A DNA stretch of 62,750 bases, the filler included, from Asterionella formosa (taxonomy: Eukaryota), in assembly GCA_002256025.1 (NCBI GenBank). It is 15 parts of 15 records of this genome, joined end to end, with 100 filler letters (N's around TTAATTAATTAA, not from the genome) between each part and the next. Parts side by side here need not be neighbours in the genome. Positions count along the whole stretch, not along the records: positions 46,119 to 50,203 come from NKIB01013724.1; positions 50,304 to 54,387 come from NKIB01013725.1; positions 54,488 to 58,569 come from NKIB01013726.1; positions 58,670 to 62,750 come from NKIB01013727.1; 11 more parts are not named here. One strand, written 5' to 3'. The translations under genes were made by a program, and so were the position numbers. The notes under the pieces are model-generated. The model saw nothing but the letters and a program-made list of their open reading frames with translations. It did not search any database and was not told the DNA's origin. Shown here in pieces: positions 50,019 to 61,702 of the stretch (its first letter is position 1; each line of letters opens with the position of its first letter).

Positions 50019-50203
50019 ATGTCGATGCTGTCTCTTGCGATCCTGCTAGCTTGGGTTTCGTCAGTACTGTCCCTGCAATTGGAATCGGCATCAGCCGCTT
50101 GGACGACGCGGCGGTCCGCTCTGGTCAGAATCGTTTCGGCGCCTGCAGTACTGGTATTTCCGCGGTTGCCCCAGTCACAGCTGCACCTTCTGCAGGACCC
50201 CTC
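50019..50203 (+). CDS. 5' end of a protein with signal peptide and twin-arginine-like motif (possible thylakoid-lumen protein)
   Basis: MSMLSLAILLAWVSSVLSL then TTRRSAL and a hydrophobic stretch. Truncated by the scaffold end. Confidence 0.5.
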
Positions 50204-50589
50204 NNNNNNNNNNNNNNNNNNNNNNNNNNNNNNNNNNNNNNNNNNNNTTAATTAATTAANNNNNNNNNNNNNNNNNNNNNNNNNNNNNNNNNNNNNNNNN
50301 NNNTCATACCCTTAAATTATGTACGTAGCTAAATTCGTCATATTGGGCCACCCAAATAATTAATTTGGGTGATCATATTTGACTAGCGTTTTTTTTGTGG
50401 CGGCTGTACCAGTAATCGGCGTTGTAGATGTGATTGTGAATGAATCACATGAATAAATTGAATGCATCAAAATTCGTACTTCAATATATCAACTATGTTA
50501 TCCGAATCAAAACAGCACGTTAATTATTTTATCAGAGTATCATGCTGCATGCATTCCTGATCATCACAATATCTTATGATTATGTGATC

Positions 50590-50785
50590 ATCTTCACGTA
50601 ATTATTTGAAATCATTCACGTAATTCTTTGATTTAATTAATGTAACCTCTTAGTTTCGTTCGCATAATTCATCAATGTAGTTCACATGGATAACGTATCA
50701 ATTCTGTTCACGTAATGCTATAATTTAGTTCACATAAAGTGTTAATTCTGTTCACGTAGTTCCTTAATTTAGTTCACGTATTTTT
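50590..50785 (+). repeat. Array of TTCAC(G/A)TA motifs at mostly ~22-bp spacing
   Basis: About eight same-orientation copies in AT-rich sequence. Confidence 0.7.
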
Positions 50786-50815
50786 CCGAAGTTTATTCAA
50801 ATAATTATCTGAAAC

Positions 50816-51010
50816 AAGGGTCAGTGGTTGTCACACCTTCTGCGGTGGCAAATTCGATTTCTGCATTCTCCACATGTCGTTTTCATGTAGTCCCTAGGGT
50901 TCCTTGAAGGTCTGGTAAAACACGTTTTTACTTTGGAAAGGATTAAGCTAAATATCTCGATTACCAGACCTTCCTAGGGGTTGCGGCTGACGAAAAGACA
51001 GGTCTTACTG
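50816..51010 (+). mobile_element. SINE-like family 2 copy
   Basis: AAGGG..AGTGGTT..ATTCGATTTCTGCATTCTCC..CCCTAGGGTTCC matches the reverse complement of 61570-61702. Confidence 0.65.
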
Positions 51011-53374
51011 TACTGTATGGATGAATAAAACCGGTGCTAATAAAGTCCATTAATTTGGGCCCTAGTGCGATTGCTTATTGGATAGTTTTGACGAACTATA
51101 AAATTTAAATTACAATTTTAACATTTTCTGGAGGGTCATTAAACTTTTAGTTAGAAGGTCTTTCAACTATTTATCTGAAGTTGTTCAACTAATTTAAAAA
51201 ATCTATCAAATAATGTAGCTAACTAATTCTATTTATACTCATTTATTACATTGACTATTTGCATTTCTTTCAAATATACGGCGATGAAGGCAGTAGCATC
51301 AACTCGGTGCATCAGGATAGCCAAATCTTCCTTCTGTGTAACTTTGTCATTTCCTGTGCGATTCATACATCTCTTGGCATATGCTTTACACAACAACAGG
51401 AGACACTTGTAACATTTTGGTTTACTGATGATGGATCATGACAAATGAAGGATATGCATATGCAAAAATTAAATTTTAGAATTTTACATTGAAAATGAAC
51501 AGTTTTATAAACCAATAGAGGAAGCTTGGTGCATCGACATCATACACAATTGTACTGTTTGTAAATTAAGTTGTATGTCGTAATGCATTTTCTTTTAGCT
51601 AAGCGTATCTTAAAATTTGAAAGAAATTAGTTTTAATATCAAAAAGTTCCATCTTGAATTCACTGTATGATTGTGAAACATCACATGAAAAGCCAGTAAA
51701 AGTAAGCTTATTGACCAGAGGAGTGCATATTCTTTATGTGATGTTCTCAACCATAAATTGTTGATTGTCCATAACTATATTAAATTAGACACCACAAATA
51801 TCATGACACTATTTTCGCAAATGAAGGTGCATGTCATAAATGAATTATCCATGAGAGCAGGATCTTAGTTGAACTTTGAAATGAATGATTTTACGGGAAG
51901 AGCGGCGTAAAGTCATGTGAAGTACCACATAATTAACATTCCTACATAGATGAAATTTTGAAAAGTGGTGTATTTGCGGCTTAAATGTATGTGAAATGAG
52001 CTGTGGAAAATTCGTCTAAGTAAGCAATAATGAGGGGGATTAGTAATATACATTGGGTTGTGATTTTAGTCTAACAATCACCCAAAAAGACTTTATGGTG
52101 GAAAATCTTACTATTTTGACAGTCTTGTGGGTACAATTTGTTCCCGAATGTCGTAAAAGACAGCATGAATTTTTTGGCTTCGTCTCTTGAAACAACAGAG
52201 GTCCACATTCTTCAACATAAACGAGCAAAGAAGTAGCTTGCAAAGGATTCCCGTTTACATTAGCTCGTCCTTGAGTTGTTGTCTTTCATTTTGATCAAAA
52301 TAGCTGAAGCTTGCAACGACAAATCTTTGTTATGGCTGCTTTCCCTAGATATGATGTAGGCCTTGCCTCCATCATTTGTATTATTAGAGAAGGAATTCAG
52401 TCCTCAACATTGTCCATGAATGCCACTAGGCATGTTTGCTACGATGCAATGCTTTCCACCCCCCATGATGAAGAGGGTGGCCAAGTAACTAAAACTATGA
52501 GTAGCAAGATCATGGCACATGAGTTCACACTTGAAAGTTATATGAAAGAAAATATCCAGAATGGAAAAGACGGAAATGTGCTCCCTAAAGCAGGGTAAAA
52601 AAGAGCGTCAGCTTGATTCTAGTGGTGATGGTATAAGTGGTTTGAAGCCGGCAGTCTCGTTGAATATCTTCACGAAATCGAGCAGTGTCGGCTCCATAGG
52701 TCAATCTAGTTTGACTATCATGGTCACTAACAAAACTGGTCCTTGTGCTGATTCAAGTGGTACAATGAAAGATACCAAAAATGGCGCAACGAGTTTTCAG
52801 CAAAAGTTCATTGAGAGACTAGGAGTCGATTAAAACTTCAAATCACCTGGCATCTTCAACTCCAATCAAAACCTGAATCGAAGTCGTGATGATGATGGAA
52901 ATGAACCTGATCGGATCTTCACCTTGGCTCGAGTAAACAAAGCTGTAACAGACCCTATCTCACAAAGGCCTGTTCCCATCCAATGTCATGTTGATTCAAA
53001 AACGCCTCATATATATTCCGGCCAATAACATTGACAGAGCTGCCTGCAAGTTCTTGGATCATTTCATTATCTAAGGCAAGCTTGAGTTCTATATCATCTG
53101 GAAAAATTTCCGCTGCCCAAGCGAGAGAGACAATTTATTGCGGGGGTTGTCATAAGTAAGAGTAAATAACTTCATTGCACAATGTGTCTGAAAATGCAAA
53201 ATGAGTTAGTAAGGGGAATTCATGACTATTGACGCACTGCGAATTTTCTAGTCATGTAAAGATAGGCAATGTAATGATGTATGACTATTTGTATGTCGAT
53301 AGTTAAATTGGAAATGAGCTACTCATGATTCCAAAGTAAAATGAACCACAACAATTAGTACATACATGAAAATC

Positions 53375-53723
53375 AAGGGAATGGATTATTGGATAAGCAC
53401 ATTGACTTTGATCTAAGGTTGTGTGGTTTGATTCCCGCAATTTTTTGAGAAGCAATTGTTGAGTTCAACTACCACACTCCTTACAGTTCTGCATAGTCAT
53501 GCCTGATGTGCAAGAAATAATGGGACCCCTTACAAGCAGCTTCCTAGGCGGTCGGAGTTTCTCCTAACGCCGAAGCTAAGATGATCACATTTCGCAAAAG
53601 GTGGTTGGGGACTCACCTATGCTAACAAAACGAGGGGAGCACATGTCTTGTTGGCAGTTAGTCCAATGAAAGACATGTCTAGAAATAGGGGAATACGAAT
53701 GTGCTATAAAACATATTACACAA
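53375..53723 (+). mobile_element. Full-length SINE-like family 1 copy with 16-bp target-site duplication
   Basis: Collinear with copies A and B. Flanked by a perfect TACATACATGAAAATC at 53359-53374 and 53724-53739. Confidence 0.9.
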
Positions 53724-54487
53724 TACATACATGAAAATCCTTTAAAAAATTGAGGTATTTCCTTGTATCTTGAGCTGTTGCACCATTTCCAAGATTTTGT
53801 TCATTCAAGTTTCGCATCTATTTGTACATTCGATTGAAATAAATATCTAACATACATTTTCAAGCAAGCCACTGCAGATTTAATGATGTTAGTACTACTG
53901 AGCAAACAACATCCAAAACAATTTTAAGCAGCAATTTAAAGCTTTGTTGTCAATATTAATGCAAAAAATTTAATATTGAACGATTATACCTCGCATATGT
54001 TAGGCTAGAAACATGTACAATATAGCAATAGTTCATTTTCAATTTTTGTTGAGATATTTGTTCGAATAAGTTCGCCATGGTTGAGACAAGATGTTTATTC
54101 ATTGACCTACATTCATACATAAGGCAGTACAAATCAAATTCACTTACCTGTATGTATGTCAACCATTTATAATATTCTGGTGTATATATAGTAGACAGAA
54201 CAAGTCCTGCAGAGAATCTCTCTTAGAGTCTACTTAGCTGTACTATCCCCAATGCAACCAACACCAAAATGAAATACCTCAACGAGAAGGTTCTTGCTAG
54301 TGAAGGGTGCTGCAAGCCACCCAAAAATAGTGCTAGGGTCGTCTGAATGACACCTCAAAAAGTTGAGCACTTTATGTGGCTACTCCTNNNNNNNNNNNNN
54401 NNNNNNNNNNNNNNNNNNNNNNNNNNNNNNNTTAATTAATTAANNNNNNNNNNNNNNNNNNNNNNNNNNNNNNNNNNNNNNNNNNNN

Positions 54488-56358
54488 ATGTTCATAGTCC
54501 CACGTCAGTGTAAGGCCAATGTATCGAGAGCCAGTCCAATCAGTTGTGAGTCGGTATTTGGTACGTAAAGTGGTGAGGAGACGGTCCACGTCACTACGTT
54601 TGGTGTAACGTACACCGAAATCATCAACAACAAGCGTAAACATGAGATCACTGGTGGTATCCATCCATAGGCCAGGGGTGACTGGGCAGGGGAGGTAATG
54701 ATGTGGTAGCAAGAACTGAGCAAGTTGATCATTGGCAAGTTTACCAGCTTGAGGCAGCCCATACATGCCACAACGGATTTCGGCATAGATGTGCCCATCA
54801 ATGATTTTTGGAGCTAGGTTGTAGAGGGTTTGAATGTGTGGGGGAATCATCCATACAGGGATGCGCACGTATTCATACTCGGCAGGTGCAAGATGACTTT
54901 CCAGATAAATATCAGATAAATCCAGAGTCATGAAGCGGCCACCGGGGGTACTGATGGTGCTGTTGAACAAACATTTTGCAGTAGTGAGATCAGCAGTCTT
55001 GGTGCTGTCATTGCCAGTGTAAATGACACGATCACCCCCAGCAGTCCAACGAACGCATTGGGGAATGGTTTTTTCAGGGCGATCGGCACACACAATGCGG
55101 ATGTAAGTGGCGCGTTTGTGTGAGGGCATTTCATGCTTATGAATGAAAAAACAGCAATTAGTACCCGTTGGCATGTCAGAATGGGGTCCCAAACCCTGAA
55201 ATAACCGGCCAATTTCTAAGCCGTTGGCAGTGGCCCACAGGGGAGCAGTGCTGCAAGTCAATAATTCTCGATAGCCAGCAATTTTGCCATTGTCAGGGTT
55301 GATAGCGGTGCCATGGAAACAAAAATTAGTGGCCAGGGGAGTAGCACTGGTTTGAGGAGGGGCGGAGAGAGCACAGTTGGCAAGCAAAGATTGGGTGTGG
55401 GGTTGGCTGGCAGGTGGTGCATCACTTGGTGTGGTTTTATGTTGATGACGGCTCTTGGGCACAGTGGTAGTGTCATAAGTGTCCAAAGGGGAAGGTGGTA
55501 GGGGACTGGGCAGCACAACAGCATCGCGATAGGTGCAAGGGGGTGCTGGAATGAGCTCGCAGCCACTGGCAGGAGGGGACCTAGGGGTAGGGGTAGGGTT
55601 ACCGGCGAGGTGAGGGTTAGGGTTTGGGGTAGGGTTAACAACACTCGGGTCGGTAGGGGTAGGGTTAGGGTTAGGGTTAAGCACCCTCAGTGGTTGGGCA
55701 GTGCCAGCGAGGGCTGGAGAGACCAGGAAAGGTGTACAGGCATCAGGATCAGGGAGAAGGGGGATGGTGGATGCTGTGGGTGTACTGGGCACCCTCAGTG
55801 ATGGAATGGGGTGATGCAGGAGGGGAGCGATGGGTAGTTGGGTGAGCTCAGGCGGTGAGAGAATTTCAAGGAGCTGCTGGAGAGCAGCTTTGTGGGTTGC
55901 AGTGAGTGGGGCAACGGGAGACTGAGTGGTGGGATGTAACAAGGCATAGGCAATGTCCTGCAAACTGGTTGTGATGAGGTCAGTGGATGAATTACAGGGT
56001 AGGTGGACTTTGGTTGGAAACCACGAGACAGTATTGCAGATTCTGATAGAAAGTGTTAGGGCCGACATACCAACCATCGAGAGCATGCGGAGCCCATGTT
56101 GTGCGGTGTTGGGGCTTGGCATGAACAAGGACCCGACAGCCAGGTGGAGCAAGGGGGACACGGTTGTAATCATATGTTCCATTGACCTGTGCCCAAGCAG
56201 ACAGTTTGGGGTTGATGCATGAGCCACGGAGGAGATTAAGAGTAAGTTCAGCTTGAACTAATAGTTGGTCCCACAAGTGGAGAGGAAAGTCATCGTCAAC
56301 ACTGCATAGACCGGCAATGAAATGGTGTTGAAAGGTCCGAATTGCACGTTCAGCAGCA
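54488..56358 (-). mobile_element. Ty1/Copia (CoDi-like) pol fragment: integrase C-terminal half, Pro-rich linker, RT
   Basis: AERAIRTF..FPLHLWDQLL.QAELTLNLLR, GWYVGP, a frameshift, then RVIY..KTADL, MYGLPQAG, LVVDDFGV and YIGLTL. Confidence 0.92.
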
Positions 56359-56830
56359 TGGCCAGCCTTCCCAGGAAGAAGGACGTCCGAGCATGATGCG
56401 ATGGCTGAGCTACTCCAAAGGACACTTCTTGAGGATACAACATGTCATGAATCCAATGCTTGGCATGAGCAATCCCCTCCGGTGTCAAGGCATCTGCGTG
56501 CGACGGGTCAACATCTGATAGCACAAGGCCGATGCACCACCCTTCTGGCAGCTGCAGATCAAAGAGTCTTTCCCACGACGTTGTCGCTATCGGCTTGGTA
56601 GGAAAAGGATCCCACGATGCGACAATGGAATCTGGACTGGCCAGAGTCTCGAGGTACTTGAAGTTCTGCGGAGTGCAAACATGCAACGGTCTGATATGGA
56701 ACAGAAATGACGACAGTTTGCTCGTCCTTGGAAAGGCCAGCACGCCGCTCATGAGACTTGCGAGTGTAAAGAAACATGCCAATGAGGTGCACGATCGAGG
56801 GAAATGACGCTGTCTTCGACGTAAATTGCT
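56357..56830 (-). pseudogene. 5' fragment of a probable 4'-phosphopantetheinyl transferase, fused to Copia integrase
   Basis: Targeting-like N-terminus, then LYPQEVSFG..ARTSFFLGRLAM (EntD/Sfp N-terminal R..F..GR motif). Switches to integrase sequence at ~56357. Confidence 0.6.
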
Positions 56831-58103
56831 GATTCCCTCTTTCAGATTGAGCTTCCAAATGGAACTGAGAAACCAGCTCATTTCGCAACGCAGCTGGCAA
56901 GGCTGCTGGTAGTTGCCATGACAACCATTGTTGCTTCCATGGCTGCACACAATGTTGATAATGTGCCAGTAAGGTTGATGATAGCGTTGGCGGAGTCGTC
57001 ATGTTACAAATTATTATCATAAAACAAAAATATTAAAAGTAAGAATTATTATATTAATAATATCTATGGTAATAATAATGACAATAATACGACAATAATA
57101 CTACAATAGAAGTATCGAAGCATCGAATACTATATCATCAGAATATGTGATGGCGATTATATATTGTTTCCGCCATTCTGATTGGTGGAGACAATCTTCG
57201 TTTGCCCGAAGATTAATCTTCGGGAAACAAAGATTGTTCAAGAAAATACGAAGATTGGGTCAATATCAGGGATGACCCTCGAAATATTCGGGCAAACGAA
57301 GATTAATCTTCGTAATCGGGGTGGATTTGCGAGTTATTTAGCCCGTAAGGGACGAAAATACGAAGATTAAACGGGCCTAAATAAAGAAGCATTTACATCG
57401 ATTATTTTAACCCTAATCATATAATGTACATAGTATCTCGCTCATGTCGTACTCCCTCTGGGACGTGCGTTTACGAGGAATGTGCCTACATGGTTACAGG
57501 CACCATCGTAGGTATGTAGTGACTAGTGCCTACCGTAATACCGGTATACTACCGGTATGTATTTTCTCCTACATATTAGCTACGTCGTAACGGTAAGACT
57601 GGTTGCATTAAAAAAAAATTATAGTAGCCCACGTAGAACTGGTACAAAATATTATCCTTATCCTATAGGTTTAGGGAATATCACGCCAATTTGTTCGCTT
57701 CGATCACCTTACCATGTTGCTCAATATCGCCGCCGTTACTTGGGAAAAAGTGATTCCCCAAAGGCTTTTAGAGGCGTTCTTCTAGACATGAGTGAAACGC
57801 TTTTGGGGAATCACTTTTCACATGATATTCAAAAAGTTGTAGCAATATCAGTTTTGGCTGCTATCAGCGACCCTGCCATTCATGGTATTTGGTTGCCGGT
57901 CAATCAATTCAGGGAGTATCGTCATGAAAACACTCCCTTGGCGATAATATAAAACTTAATGCTAAAAGATTGATAAGCTATCTCAATAAGGTGTTTACAA
58001 ATCTCTTTTTGGAAGCAAATGAGGTTGTTTTGCAAACAGATAATACAAAATGAGAACAAGCAAGCAATGCATTCGAGCTAAACATTGCACAGCGATGGCT
58101 CAC

Positions 58104-58238
58104 TTGTTTGGCAAGAGCTTCAGCTGATGCGCGATGACCCCCGCCTGTATCAGCTGACAAGAAAAGAAGCTTGAGTGACTTCTTCGGCTGGTTGTTGAAC
58201 AAATCATTCGCAGTGTAGGAATAGAGCTGGGTAGACAT
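58104..58238 (-). pseudogene. MGD: Isolated exon of monogalactosyldiacylglycerol synthase
   Basis: LLFLSADTGGGHRASAEALAKQ is the MGDG synthase N-terminal signature. A GTGAG donor follows, but no continuing exon was found. Confidence 0.75.
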
Positions 58239-58249
58239 CGATGAAGTAT

Positions 58250-58517
58250 TGTTGGATGGTGGTGTTGGAAAAATGCGAGCTGACTGCCACAGAACAGGAG
58301 TGAAGGGTATAGTAGACACAAGCGAGAACAGTACTACAGTTAAAACCATACAGCCGCTACCAAGATTTACCTGGGCTGACGTGGTAAAAGGCACAACGCA
58401 AGGAAAAGCAATCAGAGGTCAGGAAAAAATGTTAAAATGCAATGTGAGTAATAAGAGTGTTTCGAGACCATTATCTCGAAACAATCCAGTTAGTAAAGTG
58501 AAAGTTTAAGTTTGACA
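58250..58517 (+). mobile_element. Probable solo Copia-type LTR
   Basis: TGTTGG...TTTGACA ends, 268 bp, abutting the MGD exon. No target-site duplication seen. Confidence 0.5.
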
Positions 58518-59024
58518 ACTTCCTTGTTGCTATCAATTTCATCAATTGTATTCGATTAACACAGTACTANNNNNNNNNNNNNNNNNNNNNNNNNNNNNNN
58601 NNNNNNNNNNNNNTTAATTAATTAANNNNNNNNNNNNNNNNNNNNNNNNNNNNNNNNNNNNNNNNNNNNATAGGTGCCTTTCGCCTATGTACCAGATATC
58701 ATACCGATAAATAATAGTAGATTCAATGCCACAACTTTTCTGGCGCGCAAACCCTACTTTGGCGAGAAGCGAACCCTACATAATACATACACCATACGAT
58801 GCATGTATGGCAGAATGATCCAAGCAAATGGCTTCCTGAAACATCAGGTTGCCTAGCTTTGAGTGTACCTCGTACCTGGTACTGCTACGTGGTGTACCAG
58901 TACTACATACCGGTATTCTTTGGGAGATCAATTAACCGTACCCCTAAATATCATGTATTTGTTTCACGCCTGATTTGCTATTAGTACAATGCCAATCACC
59001 ATGGTGCTCACATTATGTTGTGTT

Positions 59025-59212
59025 TCTCATGCCATCATCGCCCTCAGCCCCTTCCCAGCTGGGCTCTAGCTTCATAATTGTCCTGATGAGCAAAAAAGTC
59101 ACTACTACTAGTAGGAAGTCTCATGCCCTCATCGCCCTCAGCCCCTTCCCAGCTGGGTTCTAGCTTCATAATTGTCCTGATGAGCAAAAAAGTCACTACT
59201 AGTAGTAGGAAG
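59025..59212. repeat. 94-bp tandem duplication
   Basis: 59025-59118 and 59119-59212 are near-identical. Confidence 0.92.
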
Positions 59213-59599
59213 GGGCTGCCACAGCCACGCACATGAAGGCTAGAATGATAGCTAGCTACCTAGTTTTGACTTACTTCAAATTTTTGGTGGTCAGCCTGAC
59301 CAGGGCAAGGACAATTGGTGTACTAGTACTACTACAGCAGGCAATCATCTTTGTTTTAAGGCAGAGAATTCTTTATATTGCTGCATGAATGGGATTGAAA
59401 ACATTTGTGCAAGAGATTAAGGGAGCATTGTGCTGTCAACATTGGCTGCATTTGTCTTGTTCCTGCAGTTATCAATCAACAAAATGAAAGACATTCATTG
59501 CTTCTTGGAATGTAATCATATAGCAAAACTTAAAAGTTTTATCAAGATGGCACAAGGCTCTGGTCCCCAGTTCTGACAATACATTTGGCAATCCTTCTG

Positions 59600-61425
59600 G
59601 AAGGAAGGAAATGTTATCCCTGTTTTTCGTTACTAATCCTGATGCAATGATGGCATTGCAAATTTGAAAGATTTATCGGTTGAGAAAAGAAATGCATGAG
59701 TGTTTTAATGACTCAATTATTACTAGTCTACTTGTTCCATTTACTGAGGCAATCAAGGAAGAATCTAAAGTGCTTTGAACGACAAACTCTCAGCAAATCT
59801 GAAGTAGTTGGTGCTTAGATAATCGATAACAAAAGTGAGGTTCATATACAAAAAAGGCCAAAATCAATACTTTGTAGAGGGTCATACGAAGCCAGACACT
59901 GTGTCATATCGGCAAGCAGTCTATCCTGGAAAGTATCTGGCACACCATCAGTTGAATTCCCGCTAGTAATGGGTTCAAGTATCAGTAGTAGTAGTAATGC
60001 AGTCTAGATACTGGAAAAGTTGGGTAGCATCATCACTAGTAGTAGTACTAGTTCTCACTACAATAGTAGTGAGGGTACACCTATGATAGAGTGGTACAAT
60101 GTCGACTGAAGCACCAAGTTCGACCTTACCGTACCTTTTGGCAGCGACCCTACTACTAGTACGACTGCATCAGGTGTAGTACTAGTATTCATAGGACAAG
60201 GTTAGGCTGCATTCAAGCAATTCTTATTCCTATCAAGATGTGGAGGACCGAGCCTAATAGTGAACGAAATTTACTACCCCCCCCCCTAAATAAGGAAGCA
60301 CTGGTTGGGGTGATGCTAAAAAAATTCATTAGTCAAGAGCATGCTGGCTTGTTACTTAGGGAATTTGAGGAAAATAATCAAAGGTATCGTCAATACTACT
60401 AGGCGAGGATGAAATTGTGTTGATACGGATACAGTTATTGAGATCTATGGTTTTTCACTTAAAAGCCGCTGACTTAAAGTACCTTCCTAGTCTACTTCGA
60501 TCATAGGGAGACTAAACAAGGCATGGAATTAAAATCACTATGGCCCTTCAGTTTGAATTTGCTGTGAATGGGCTTAAAGTTATGCATCCAAACTATAACA
60601 ATTCATCTGGACTTTCAAAGCAACAACCTGATGACTTGAGTGCCTACCAAATGAATAGAAACTAAGTAGGAAGATCTCCATCCCTGCGCAATACATTGAT
60701 TGTTGCAGCAGATGGGGGGTGCCTTGGTCCCTTTCCATCCATGTTAGTAATTCCAGGCAAAACACAAAAGCTAACTAAACACAATCTGACTCAGGACCAT
60801 TCTGGATCACGCTACAGCAGGGGAGGAAAGCCTGGTGCCGTTATGATTAGCTAGTTGTTAGGTGTGCGCAAAGTATAATTGAGAGAAACCAAATGAATTA
60901 ATTGTTGACTTAGCTAAGTGCCCCAGGGGATCAATACCAAATTAAACCACAAATGAGAAACAAGCTCGAGGCACCTCATATTGCTTTGCCTTGACTTCAT
61001 CAATGGAAAAGGTATGATGGGCGGAACATAGTGTTAAAAAAACTTGGAGTCAATGTTATGTTTAGTACTTCAAAGTGCCAGGCTGAACTCGTAGGGGAAG
61101 GAATTTGGCATCTATAAATTCACATACAGGAGCCTGTTTTTAGAACAGAGATGATGAGGCAAAGATAATTTTATGAATAGTGCAAGACACTATTTGGGAG
61201 AGCAAGTTATTATGACAGGATGCAAACAAAAGCACGACAACATTTGATGACCTAATACGCCATTGATACTGGGAAATTAGACTATGAAACACAACAAGAC
61301 TGCACAAAGCAATCCAGACCCATAGCCGCCGCCATAGAGAAGCTGATACAAAGCTTCAAGAGTCACCATTGTGTCATGGACTTTGACTGTAGCTTCGTTC
61401 GACGCACAACTGAATGGCAATGAAA
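59600..61425 (+). mobile_element. Heavily decayed IS630/Tc1/mariner-like transposase, same family as 31605-32196
   Basis: Fragments YFVEGHTKPDTVSYR, GVML..FISQE, SKCQAELVGEGI, KARQHLM and FKSHHCVMDFD, interrupted by insertions. Confidence 0.7.
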
Positions 61426-61569
61426 TGAAAAGCTTTGAATAATAATATCATTGTAAAATTGAAATTAAATTTTATAGTATATTAAGAAAGCTATCCAATA
61501 ATTGCACTACTACTAGTGCCCACATTTTCAATGGAAACAATTAATGCCGGTTTTGTTAGTCCCTACGTT

Positions 61570-61702
61570 ACAACGGGACCTTTCTTTTCTTCAGCTGTAC
61601 CCCCGGAACCCTAGGGAATATATGAAAAAGACAGGCGGAGAATGCAGGAATCAAACTCGCCACCACGCGCAGTGGGTGTGCTAACCACTAAGCCATTCCC
61701 TT
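61570..61702 (-). mobile_element. SINE-like family 2 copy
   Basis: Same head as family 1 (AAGGGAATGGCTTAGTGGTTAGCAC..GTTTGATTCC) but a different body, shared with 50816-51010. Confidence 0.7.

Noticed and set aside
55610..55680. Telomere or interstitial telomeric array (TTAGGG)
   Set aside because: Only a few units, inside the Copia pol ORF, where they encode a Pro-Asn/Thr linker.
8959..58238. A functional cluster of lipid or plastid genes across the window
   Set aside because: The genes lie on separate, artificially joined scaffolds.
4143..58625. Regularly spaced TTAATTAATTAA as a biological repeat or CRISPR-like array
   Set aside because: Always centred in 44N+44N with stops in six frames; a synthetic linker.
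59080..59200. Dimeric hammerhead ribozyme (CTGATGAG in a tandem repeat)
   Set aside because: No stem II followed by GAAA and no suitable flanking stems.
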